From contig NC_068981.1 of NCBI RefSeq assembly GCF_001194135.2, positions 186,237,566-186,295,978 on the forward strand: a DNA stretch of 58,413 bases, in the 5' to 3' direction. Both the position numbers and the translations under genes were made by a program. Of this stretch, positions 25,511 to 38,093 are shown piece after piece (the first letter of the stretch is position 1; each line of letters opens with the position of its first letter). Source of the DNA: Octopus bimaculoides. Taxonomy: Eukaryota. Under the pieces are notes generated by a model that saw nothing but the letters and a program-made list of their open reading frames with translations, ran no database searches and was not told the origin of the DNA.

Positions 25511-26434
25511 ATACATGTATATACGTATGTATGTATAATATCAGGCTTATTAGTTGCAAGCTTTACGGTTCATTATACCAGAACTTAGATATGGAAACGC
25601 AATATTCTCCCCTGCACATATGTGCTGTACTAAATTTCACTGTTCGAAAACAACAGACAGGATATGCGTAGCTGCAATACTTTCGATCATAAATCCGGTG
25701 GTAACTTGTTAATCTGTCGCTGAAAGATGAAATCTATAAAAAAAAACCCGCGTCGTGCAATAAATCTATTATTTATACAGATAAGATATATTTGCTGTCC
25801 TTCAATGATGGGTCTTAAACATTCAGCAAATTCCAGTTTCTTCTCTACCACAGCCATAACGCTATGTATGTGAATGTGTCTATGTATATGGGTGTATGTG
25901 TATTTTTCTCGGTGATTATTACTATGACGTGTCGACGATTATGATTATGATTACGAGGGAGTGAAAAGAAGAAATGAAAGTGCATAAAGTAATTAGATCA
26001 ATGTTAAGAAACGGTAATGATTAATCAAAATTGACTATTGAATCTACGAATAGACTGTTTGAGTTTTCTTTCTAACAAAAAGAGAAGGCAAAAATGAACA
26101 CAGAAAAAGAGATAGAAAGCGCCACAGTGAACGAAAGCGAAAGATAGAAAAGTCATCAAGAGTAGCGTTGCTTATTTATTGTATTAAGCACGTTTTAACT
26201 GGCGACGTATAAATTGAACAGCTCTTCACAATCTACAAAAAGAAGAATTTCTATAACATTTCATTGTATTATATTCTTTTTCACTTTAATGGTTATCCAT
26301 GATATCATGAGCATCGTGAATCCTAAATTAAATAATCTATTAGTGCCTACTTTCGCCAGACGTATAATAATATATTTTCCTTTAGAATGCTTTAAAGATA
26401 TGCAATAGTCACACTCAAAACATCTTCGTAATTA

Positions 26435-26489
<55 letters not shown>

Positions 26490-26827
26490 TATATATAATA
26501 TATACATATATACACATAATATAATATATACATATAGATGCTTACATACATATATACACACCCACCTGCACGCAGATATGTGTTTGCACACATATGTATA
26601 TATATGTATATACATACATGCATGCGTACATATACACACCATACATATGCATATGCAAATGTTCGCGTGTGTGTATGTGTGTATGTATGATATGTATATT
26701 TTAGTATCTGAAGTTTTGATTATCTCCGATTTACCGTACAGAAATCATGTCTGTATGTCCTCTGCTGTTATTGTATATTCCGAAATGAGCTTTCGCTATC
26801 ATATGAAATAGTTCAGGTAACTCATCC

Positions 26828-26958
26828 TCCCACTCCTTCTTCTTCTTCCACTTCTCCTACTACTACTACTACGTCTTCCACGGCGACGACCACCACTACT
26901 ACTTCTACGACTACTACCACTACTACTACTTCTGCTACTACGACTACTACCACTACGA
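26828..26958. repeat. (CTT)/(CTA)/(CCA) mixed trinucleotide repeat
   Basis: Direct reading. Confidence 0.9.
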
Positions 26959-27329
26959 TAAGTGTGGCTTATGAACATAAGAGATGAAGAAAATATAGCC
27001 CCACAAGGACAGAAGGTAATTGGTGCATACGGAATGGACCTGTCATGGCAGTAATCCAAGACTTTGCGGTTTCGCTTCGGGCTTTTTGCGCTCGCAATTT
27101 AGACTCCACTAATGACAACTTAACAATTACGTTCTTTGTCAGCCGATAAAATAAAGCACCATTCCACATTTGACTCCAGTTCATACCATCGGTCTTAGTC
27201 GATGGTATTATTGAACTTGCAGAAAATTGCTTCTAATTGTATTCAAACTAGATATAATTATTATTAAATAATTTTCTTTGACATCTAGTTGCATGTTATA
27301 TTATTGTTTCTGATTTTGGTTCAAGGACA

Positions 27330-27510
27330 ACAGTTTTGAGGCTTAGGGATGAGTCGGTTACATCGAGCCCGTTACCTTGCTGGGATTTACTTCATCGACC
27401 ACGAAAGAATGAAAGGCAAAGTTTACTATGGTGGAATTTAAACTCAAAAGAAATATTGCTAAGAACTTTGTCCGACGCACTAACACTTCTGTCTTTTCGT
27501 TACCTTAGCT
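27330..27510 (-). mobile_element. SINE family B, diverged
   Basis: atcgac...gaatgaaaggcaaagt...ggaatttaaactc...gctaag...cgacgcactaac. Confidence 0.7.
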
Positions 27511-27623
27511 CCATATAATTTAAGGAAATGCACAGAAGTGTTCAGGGTTTATAAATATTGTGTGTGAACGCCCTCATAAATAATTAATGATCCTATCTTC
27601 TAGAATATGTCTTTATAAACATT

Positions 27624-28121
27624 CTGATCCTTATCTCGCCTGCCTGTCGGTGCATTGTCGTCTCCTGCTTTGGTTGATTTGGTTGCTATAGCTACTGACC
27701 AACCTCATTAGACTCTATGCACGTCTCTTCCCCACAGTTTTCCTGCTGCAAGTTTGAACACCTGCCTCTGCCTTTTTCTGAAGGAACTATTATTCTCTGC
27801 GATATTTCTACCGGGTCACCGCAACCCCTCGTTCCTGAACATAACCGTCATGCTGTTTTTGAAGCACCGTTTTCACTGTCACATCCCGGCGTTGCGGCCA
27901 TAGTAAAGCTTATCTAGACCCGATTTTTCTGCCCGAATATGCGTCGGTCTATTACTGCTGGGTCACGTGCCTGTCTACCATGTCAGCGTTCCAAGGTACA
28001 TCGTCGCGTGAGAGCACTTCCTGGACACTTCCAACCACCGGACACAAGATTCCGTTACATACACATTGACCTGGTTGGTCCTTGGCCGGTCAGTTGCGGA
28101 TTTACTTATATATTGACCTGA
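27624..28121 (+). mobile_element. Ty3/Gypsy pol fragment (RNase H end, linker, integrase Zn finger and start of the DDE core), pseudogenised
   Basis: LSRLP...ILCDISTGSPQPLVPEHNRHAVFEAPFSLSHPGVAAIVKLI*TRFFCPNMRRSITAGSRACLPCQRSKVHRR...FQPPDTRFRYIHIDLVGPWPVSCGFTYILT*. The SHPG, C..CQRSK and HIDLVGP motifs are present, with stops and frameshifts. No LTRs seen. Confidence 0.93.
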
Positions 28122-29099
28122 TATGTGTAAAGGATTTGGCTTCACACATATTAAATCCCAGGTGCGCTCCATCCGTGTGGCATCTTGTGCAAACTCGTTT
28201 CGGATTACCTAGAGTCTGCTCAAGTCTCGCGGCTGAACTTGGATAGATGGAGGTTGTGATGGGCTGTGCTTATTATATCAAATATGCTACAACGTCGTCA
28301 TTTTTACGACGCTGTTTCTATCTCAGAATAATTAAAGTGTGCATGTGTCTGAAGAATATTCAACCACTTTGAACGCTAATTTAAAGAGCAGGTCGTTAAC
28401 CTACACACTAATACCTCGAAATTTGACGTGAGTGTCCACAATCAGCGACGGCCAGCCTACAACATAGTGTACAGCAACGCTGTTATGGAATCATTAGTTA
28501 TAAATATTAGGATAGACACAAACCCTAAACAGAATACTGTATTTACTTGAAACATTGTAATTTCCTTGCTTTTTCAACTCTTCTACACAACATTATTCGG
28601 AATTGGTATTTCTCTGTCGATATTTACTACACATTTTTCCTTTTTGCTATGGAAAATAATTCTAATGCTATTAAGCGTTAAGCGTTACTTGGTAGATTGT
28701 CTGCTGGCTAAAACTCTGTAGTATCTCCGCATTGTAATTTTCTAAGACAGTTGCATTTGTACATCCTTATCACAGATTTTCCCCTTTAACTGACGTTAGT
28801 TGAATCTGTGTGTCCTGGCGCGTGGAAAGCAGATTTGCAATATTGATGTATTTCGTAGTATATTTTGCGGGAGCTTATACCTGATACCCTAAATTTGTGT
28901 TCCTCGAGTCGAATTTCAAAATAGTAATTATTGTTATATTCGAAGTGATTTGGAAACTGACTTCAGTGATCTTTCAGTGAAACTGAAGAAATTACATCGT
29001 GAACGAGTCACAACGTCATTTAAAATTTACATATACCATTCTTTTAAATTTTGTTTAAATATGTGAAGTAAATATGTTAGTAAAATATGAACTAGGAAA

Positions 29100-29195
29100 T
29101 ATATTCTTTTCTACTCTAACCACAAGGCCCAAAATTTGGGGGGAGGCAGCCAGTATTTCGCCCGGCGTGCTAACGCTTCTGCCAGCTCGCCGCCT
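29100..29195 (-). mobile_element. Internally deleted 96-bp family-B SINE with target-site duplication
   Basis: Tail type 1 joined directly to the head. The flanking direct repeat tgaactaggaaa lies at 29088-29099 and 29196-29207. Confidence 0.9.
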
Positions 29196-29566
29196 TGAAC
29201 TAGGAAAGATATTGAAGTTGTGACATTAATCACAGAGTAGATGTCCGACGAATCTGTTTCACACTTTGCAGTATGCAACATAATGACAAACCGATTCAGC
29301 CTGAGGAGCTAATTGTACACGTCTCTATATATAATCTTCCTCCTACTGCAGGCTAATCCAACGAACAGATAATTCTTTCGATCAAACAACCGAATACTCA
29401 TTGCCAAACCAGACGGAGAAATAAAATAGAGTTAATAGACCGGAGTGTGCGTGGCTAACATATCTAGAATTACTTTTCTATGCTGAAAGTTTTTGTGATA
29501 AACGGCAGTCATTGTGTATCGTTAATTATGCTAAGCCTAACCCTAACCCTAATTATTACTAATTAT

Positions 29567-29760
29567 TTCTTTCAAACATTGGACTGCGTCCATGCTGGAG
29601 CAGCTCTTTTCACGTTTTAGTTAAACAAATCTATCAATTTCCTTTTTTTTTTTTAGTCTGATACTTATGATGTCGTTAGCTTTTGCTAAACCGCTAGATT
29701 TTAGGTGGTATAAACAAAAGAACACCGGTTATCAAGCGCTACTGAGCAAACACATACGCG
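29567..29760 (-). mobile_element. SINE family A 3' half, diverged
   Basis: ttggactgcgtccatgctggagca...cttttgctaaaccgcta...accggttatcaagcg. Confidence 0.75.
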
Positions 29761-29775
29761 CACGCACTTACACAC

Positions 29776-29820
<45 letters not shown>

Positions 29821-29836
29821 CAGATAGATTTCTTAG

Positions 29837-29942
29837 ACAAGAAATTTGTTGACAGTGTCTTCGAAGTTTCGGCCAGATGAGCCTAGCTAAAATATCGTCG
29901 GACTGGCCGATACTTCGAAGTCTCTTTCAACAACTTTCTTGT
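29837..29942. ncRNA. 106-nt inverted-repeat hairpin (pre-miRNA-like or MITE/foldback)
   Basis: Arms 29837-29876 and 29903-29942 pair at 35/40 positions without indels, around a 26-nt loop. Confidence 0.45.
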
Positions 29943-30032
29943 ATACGATCAATAAATCTGTACTCTACAAAAGTATAGAGTAACCCATAAGATGAATGTA
30001 AAATTGTTTTTATTATGAATTAACATAAAAAA

Positions 30033-30212
30033 GGTGGTGACCAGGCAGAATCGATAGTTCGTTGGCCGATATGATTAGCGGTATTTCGTTTGTCGCCACT
30101 TCCTGAGTTCAAATTCCACCCAGGTCGATTTTGCCTTTCATCCTTTCGAGGTCGATCAATGAAGTACCTGCCCCAAAACTTCAGGCCTTGTGCCTATAGT
30201 AGAAAGGATTAT
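30033..30212 (+). mobile_element. SINE family B, tail type 1, short internal deletion
   Basis: ggtggtgaccaggcagaatc...gagttcaaattccacccaggtcgattttgcctttcatcctttcg...caggccttgtgcctatagtagaaagg. Confidence 0.88.
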
Positions 30213-30278
30213 AAATGGACATAAAAACAAACACAAGTATGCACATATATATGTATGCGTGTGTGTGTCAACGAAATT

Positions 30279-30374
30279 GGAAGACACTTGCCCAAGGTAC
30301 CTCGCAATGGGATTGAACCCGAAAGAACGTGATTACAAACGAGAGCTTCTTAACCACACAGCCACGCCTGCACC
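30279..30374 (-). mobile_element. SINE family A head fragment
   Basis: gaagacacttgcccaaggtac...ttgaacccg...ccacacagccacgcctgcacc. Confidence 0.85.
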
Positions 30375-30832
30375 TATCAATCTTGTTTAACATTTTCAAT
30401 TATATCTTAAAAGATACATAAAAAGTTTGCTTTGTCACTTGAAAAGAATTTACACACAATTTGAAAAACTTGCTTAAATCCTTCAGCAATCAGGAATGAT
30501 ATATAAGGAAAACCTTTAAGAATATTCTAGAAATCTTCGCATTTCGATTTTTGGGAACGCCTCTCTGCCCGTGGATGGATAAGTGGAAACCGGCGATATC
30601 GTTAATATTTTTAGGGCATTAGGATGGTGATAAGAAGAATTTGTATAGTGACATTTTAAATGCCTGGCAGCTTTTAGTTATGTTATTCCTCATCTCTGAG
30701 TTCAAATCCCGCCGCACTCATTGACTTAGTCTACTACGATCGATAATATAAGCCGCAGTCTGATTTTGAAATCGATTGTCTATTATACCCTCCCGAAATA
30801 TGTGTTGCTCTGTACATACGTCACTATAACGA

Positions 30833-31750
<918 letters not shown>

Positions 31751-32466
31751 TCATCATTGTCATGATAGCTATTACATTCATCAACGTCTTTATTATCGCC
31801 ATAGTTGTGATTTGTTGTCAACATTTCCACTGCTTTTATTCGTAAGTTTTTTGGGGTTTTTTTTCAAAGTAGTTGTAAATATCTTCTTTTTCAGCTTCCT
31901 TCCTTTTGCATGTTTATCCTCGAAGATATCCAAAGTATAGAAGGAAATAAATAGAATCTTTCATGAGCAACAATTGACAGTAACTTCACACAAAAAAGAC
32001 AAAAAAAATTACTAACATCTTTACTGCAGGATATCAATGGTTTCTTCCCATCTAACTTCCTTTACACACATATGCACACGAACACACTCACGCGTACACA
32101 TCACTAAATACATAGTCATATAATATAAACACATAGAAAGAAAATGAAACACATTAGTTGTTATTGACGCAGACGATACTTGTATAACGAAGACAGTGGG
32201 AGGTGAGGAGAGAGAGAGAGAAAGCAAAAGCGTAAATACTTAACTATATTGCCGTATAGTTTTGCCATTTTTGAGTAATAGTAACTTTTCTTTACACAAA
32301 CGAATTCTTGAATTACTTTTTACAAATAATTTCTATATACGTATCAAAAGAGCACACTTCCTGAGGCATGCTTTTAAGATATATTTTTCAAATATTACTT
32401 GTCACTTCTGAAACAATATGGATTTCAAAAATCATTGATTGAATTTGCTGAGTGCGCTTCTGTATA

Positions 32467-32527
<61 letters not shown>

Positions 32528-32716
32528 GCGGCGAACGCTATGCATAGCAGCTGTTTCGCCCGTCGTTACGTTCTCAGTTCAAATTCCGCTGAGGCCGACT
32601 TTGCCTTTCATCCTTTCGGGGTTGATAAAATAAATACCAGTTACACACTGGGATCGATCTAATCGACTCATCACCCGCCTCTCCCAAGCTGTCCTTGTCA
32701 CAAAAATTTGAAATAG
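32528..32716 (+). mobile_element. SINE family B, tail type 3, head deletion, flanked by (ATT)n
   Basis: gcggcgaa|cgctatgc...gttcaaattccgctgaggccgactttgcctttcatcctttcgggg...aaaatttgaaat. Confidence 0.88.
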
Positions 32717-32735
32717 TAATAATAATAATAATAAA

Positions 32736-32791
<56 letters not shown>

Positions 32792-33030
32792 GGTGGCGAG
32801 CAGGCAGAGTCATTAGCATGCTGGTCGATATGCACAGCGGTTATTTCGCCCGTCGTTGTATATATGTATGTGTGTGTGTCTTTTTGTCTGTATTTATTCC
32901 CAGCACCACTTGACAATCGGTATTGGTGCGTTTACGTTCCGTAACTTATAATAAGTACCTGGCTTTAAAAAATAAATACTGGAGTTGATTAATTCGATTA
33001 AATGGTCGCAGTCTAATGACTGAAACAAAT
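32792..33030 (+). mobile_element. Chimeric SINE: family-B head fused to the family-A 3' half
   Basis: ggtggcgagcaggcaga...ttatttcGCCCGTCGT then (TA)(TG) and cacttgacaatcggtattggtgcgtttacg...atggtcgcagtctaatgactgaaac. Confidence 0.75.
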
Positions 33031-33569
33031 ATGATAAATCATCATAAAGTTATCAGATATGACCTGAACTTAACAATCGAAAACAATGAAAATAATCGGC
33101 TTCAAACCGACTTCAAAATGGAAAATTTACAGGTTTAAGGGATAAGCTTAGGAAAGAGGTATGGTGTGATTTTACTCCCAACAGCATCAGAACAAAGAAA
33201 GTCAGGTGCCGGGATAACAGGAGCATTATTTCATAATGACGAAGAAGAAAATAAATGAGGTTGTCAGCCTCAAAATTGTATGGATTTAAGCCATGAATAT
33301 GAAAATTTTGATGAAATGCTTCGAAACAATTTCGTTCCAAGAAAGCCGTTCTGATCTGAAAATAATAAACCAAAATGGACGAAAGGCAAGATCAAGCATC
33401 GTATACGTATTAAGAAAAGTATTTATAGAACATTAAATATAAAGGAGAGGGATTTAAGGCATCAGCAATGAATCTGAAAAATACACATAGGCTTCAAATA
33501 GGTATCGTTCCTCCTGTTTCTTCTATCGTGCTTTTTATTCGGCTCCGATAATGAGTTCGCCTGAAACCT

Positions 33570-33826
33570 TACTCTCTTTCACTCTTTTACTTGTTTCAGT
33601 CATTTGAATGTGGCCATGCTGGTGCACCGCCTTTAGTCGAGCAAACCGACCCCAGGACTTATTCTTTATAAGCCTAGTACTTATTCTATCGGTGTCTTTT
33701 GCCGAACCACTAAATTACGGGTACGTAAACACACCACCATCGGTTGTCAGGCGAGGTTGGGGGACAAACACAGACACACACACACGCACACACACATAGA
33801 CACACACAGACACACACGCACGCACA

Positions 33827-33862
<36 letters not shown>

Positions 33863-34116
33863 NNNNNNNNNNNNNNNNNNNNNNNNNNNNNNNNNNNNNN
33901 NNNNNNNNNNNNNNNNNNNNNNNNNNNNNNNNNNNNNNNNNNNNNNNNNNNNNNNNNNNNNNNNNNNNNNNNNNNNNNNNNNNNNNNNNNNNNNTATATA
34001 TATATATATATATGCGACGGGCTTCTTTCAGTTTCCGTCTACCAAACCCACTCACAAGGCTATGGTCGGCCCGAGGCTTGCCCAAGGTGTAGAAAACACT
34101 TGCCCAAGGTGCCACG
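33570..34116 (-). mobile_element. SINE family A with an expanded internal (CA)/(TA) microsatellite spanning an assembly gap
   Basis: 3' half 33570-33780 and 5' half 34013-34116, with a local duplication of cttgcccaaggtg. Confidence 0.92.
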
Positions 34117-34117
34117 A

Positions 34118-34310
34118 AGGGGACAAAAAAAGGACAAAGGGATTCAGTCGATTACATCGACCCCAGTGCGTAACTGGTACTTATTTTATTGACCCCGAAA
34201 GAATGAAAAGCAAAGTCGACCTCGGCGGAATTTGAACTGAGAACGTAAAAACAGACGAAATGCCGCTAAGTATTTCGCGCGGCGTGCTAACGTTTCTGCC
34301 ATTTCGCCGT
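34118..34310 (-). mobile_element. SINE family B, tail type 2, abutting or replacing the family-A head
   Basis: ggggacaaaaaaaggacaaagggattcagtcg...gtgctaacgtttctgccatttcgccg. Confidence 0.92.
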
Positions 34311-34952
34311 CTGTAAATGAAAATATATTACTGAGTGAAAATAACCCATACAACTAGCAAGATTAATTAGAGACACTATCTAGATTCATAGTATATTTAT
34401 TTACACACACACACTAATATAGAAATACAAATACACACACACATACTAGATTTCTATCTCCCTCTCTATCTCTTTATACTTCCCTTTCTTTCTCTCCCTC
34501 TCTATCAATCTCTCTATCTGTCTCTCCCTTTCTATTTCTCACACTGTATGTATATAATTGTTTTAGCATCCTAAAGGGTATATTTTACAGACAATCCTTT
34601 CATTACATTATAGCAATGCATGCGGGTTAAATCATGAGGAATGCGAAAAGAAAATGCCTGGGAAATTTTGGAGGTATAGCATCTGAAATCTTGCACGATA
34701 AAAAATGAATTGTGGAATTAAATTAAATGACGAATAATTTGATATTAAAAGAAAATCACTCTATACTCTAATCCAATTCATATTCTTTTGACTGCAGGTA
34801 AGATAACAATAGCAGACACATAATATAATTCTCGATGAAATCTACCGTACCATACAACTGTATTATTTGTAGTTCAGATAAGAGACTTAATTTTCAAATA
34901 TCGAATCCCCTAAACGCCTACATCATTTACTATGATAATTATAATATATATA

Positions 34953-35006
<54 letters not shown>

Positions 35007-35380
35007 GTGTGTGTGTATGCATGTGTGTGTAATAATAATAATAATAGTAATAATAACAATCTTTGGATTATAATTTTGTTTTTAATTCAATGTAACCGTT
35101 CACAAAAAATTAAATCTTATATATTGAGCGGATTAATTCTCAAAACTGTTCTTCTGGATATCACAAAAAAAAAACTGCTTTCATAAATTAAAAACTTTAT
35201 CGCTGCAATCAATACCAATCGCAGTTAGCAATACACGCCATCCAATTCTAAATACAATTGTATTTTTAATATACTGATCGTTCAGGATGATTTAAACCAT
35301 TCACCATTTTGTAATCTAATGCTGATGGCTGCGAAGCAGGAGATATTATGGTTCCACTGAACGCTAATTCTTAAAGCAAT

Positions 35381-35690
35381 TTCGATTTTCAGTTCTTTCA
35401 TACTCGATAAGAAATTGTGATTAATACAGAAAAGTTTTGACGCGTATTTCAAATGGTGTAAAATAGATATTCTTTATAATTTTCAGACAAATACATACAT
35501 ACATACATACATTATATATATGTATATATANNNNNNNNNNNNNNTTCGATTTTCAGTTCTTTCATACTCGATAAGAAATTGTGATTAATACAGAAAAGTT
35601 TTGACGCGTATTTCAAATGGTGTAAAATAGATATTCTTTATAATTTTCAGACAAATACATACATACATACATTATATATATGTATATATA
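35381..35690. repeat. Exact ~150-bp duplication across a 14-N gap (likely assembly/haplotype artefact)
   Basis: 35381-35530 equals 35545-35690 except for one TACA unit. Confidence 0.9.
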
Positions 35691-37017
35691 TATGATGAGT
35701 TTGGTTATGCTTAGCTATAATAATAGCCAGTTGTTAGAACTCAATACACGTAGGCTATAGAATAAGACTTTATGCAAGTACAAAGATTATTATTAGTTAA
35801 TGAATGACAAGGGAACAGGGATTACGCTATCATCTTCATTACAGTTTACATTTTTTCCTCCCATAAGATATAGTGCATTCATAGCTGAGTAATTGTGCAA
35901 CATCATATACCTGCCTCAGAGCCAAGCAAATGAAGTATGAACACCCAGCTATGAGCGAAATTATAGCAGAAACATTTTTAGCTAGTCAAGTTAATAACGT
36001 AATGTATATGGTCCTATTTAACAGCAGGCCATCAAGCAACCGTTATAAATGTACCTGAGGGGTGGTAGTGATGTTGATTGAGACGAAAGGGGGCAGGATT
36101 CAATGCTTTGTTTAATTTGATCTCTGTTAGTTCTTGGTTGATATTCCGCAACTTTCATATACGTTTTAATCTTCCAGGTTTAGCAAAATAAATACTCATG
36201 ATCTACTATCACTTACTCAGTTTACTACGTTTCTTCCAAGTTATAATATAATTGTTTCTTTGCTAAGAAAACAAAAGTCAGAATTCATAAAGAAGTATCA
36301 AGCGCAAAAATTGAATCGAGAGAGTAGATAATTACCTAAAATGCACTTCAGGCTTTATTTTTGATCTTAATGCATTCTGACAATGGATAGATTGAGCTAG
36401 TTATGTGTAACAGTAATATTACTGGAAATCGAGGAAGCCTCTGCATTGTGGTGTAGGCTACAGACTAGTTGAATACAACCGCCTGATGTCGATCAAATTT
36501 CCCCAAAACAGAAGGAACTCAGAAAGAAATCCTAGATATAGCATTTCGCGGAGAAAGAAATAGAACACTCACAATTTTAATCATAAATTTGCTTTATCGG
36601 GGATGATATGAGGTTAAACAACTCCAAGAACGACAACAAGTAGTAATATGGCAGTAATATATACCAGTACCATAATGAGATCAGTGAAGTCGACTGAAAT
36701 CCTCAGATGGAACAATTGTTGTTCTGTGCCAAATCACAAGAAATCAATATCGGAGAGTGAAAAGGAATTGGAAAAAAGACTTTGGGAATCCATGTCGTTA
36801 CGGCTGTTTGCGTATTTAAACCATGCGTATGACATTAGGCTTTTGTTTATTGTTCAGTAGCTAAACTAAAATTGACGGTTGGCCTGTCTAGGTCAAGCAT
36901 GCATTTCCTTCTAATTTTGGTACACAAATATTTCTATACACAATGAAGGCATAGTAACATACACACAAATATTTGAAACTATGATAACATCCCCCACCAT
37001 ACACAAACATATATACA

Positions 37018-37056
<39 letters not shown>

Positions 37057-37859
37057 GTGGTTGTGTGTGTGTGTGAGTGTCTGTGTGTGTGTTTGTTTGT
37101 GTGTGTGTGTACCTGTATGTTTTTTCGCTAGGTACTGTTGCAAAATAAGTTACTCGATACATCAGGAAGTAGTTTTAGGCACATACATACGCAGGCATAT
37201 GAATGTATGAATGTATGTATGTACGTGTGTGTGTGTATGTGTGTCAGTGTGTATGTACGTGTATGTATATGCATGCGTACATATGTCTCTGAATCTTAAA
37301 TAAGTTTTTGAAGGTTAACTAATATGATTCTCTTAGAATTGAAACTGAGTTGGCGCCATAAAACTTTCCCCCACTCATTTCTGAATGTAAATACAAATTT
37401 TAATACAAAAAACGCGGCCGAGTGCTCGCATTTGGATAACTCTCACATTTACTCCCTCGTTACTCTATTCACTCTGACACTTCCTCATGGATGTTTATTT
37501 AGAATTTGTATACTTTGGGCTGATATTAAAGAATTTGTCTATTCCATTTTGAACCTGATGTAGATAATAAGATCTTCACTAAAATGTTAGTAATTTCCAC
37601 TGTATATTTGTTCCGTATTTATGATGAGGACTTCTTTCATATTCTTTTCACGGATGAATATTCTGTTATTCTTAAGTATAATGATAGATATATAAGAACA
37701 TCATGGATTCTGCATTAAACACATTACCTTTACCCTCCCCAGAAATGCTGTAAATAGGACCATCATGTTAATCATTAATCAGGATCGCGCTAAGCATTAA
37801 TCATTATATTTCTTGCCAAATCGGATTACCTCTATTGTTTAAGAGATAACATAATTGTC

Positions 37860-38093
37860 TTTTACTTGATTCAGTCATTGGACAGCAGCCATGCTAATGT
37901 ACCTCCGCTAAGATTTTTATCGAGCCAATCGATCCTAACATTACATATTTTAAAGCCTGGCACGCACTCACAAGCCATTACTCGAACTGAGAGCTATATT
38001 AGAAGACAATTACGCAAGGTGTCACGCTGTGGGACCGAACCTGAAACGACGTGGTTGTAAGCAGGCTTCTTAAGCAGACAGATATGTTTGCGC
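37860..38093 (-). mobile_element. SINE family A, diverged, internally deleted
   Basis: ttgattcagtcattggacagcagccatgct...cactcacaagcc...gcaaggtgtcacgctgtgggaccgaacctgaaac. Confidence 0.78.

Noticed and set aside
28764-28812. Small hairpins (cacagatt/aatctgtg; also 18867-18929, 39531-39555, 52032-52080)
   Set aside because: Stems of 7-9 bp are expected by chance in 58 kb.
29535-29552. cctaaccctaaccctaa telomere-like repeat
   Set aside because: Under three units; common by chance or in transposon subtermini, so not an interstitial telomere.
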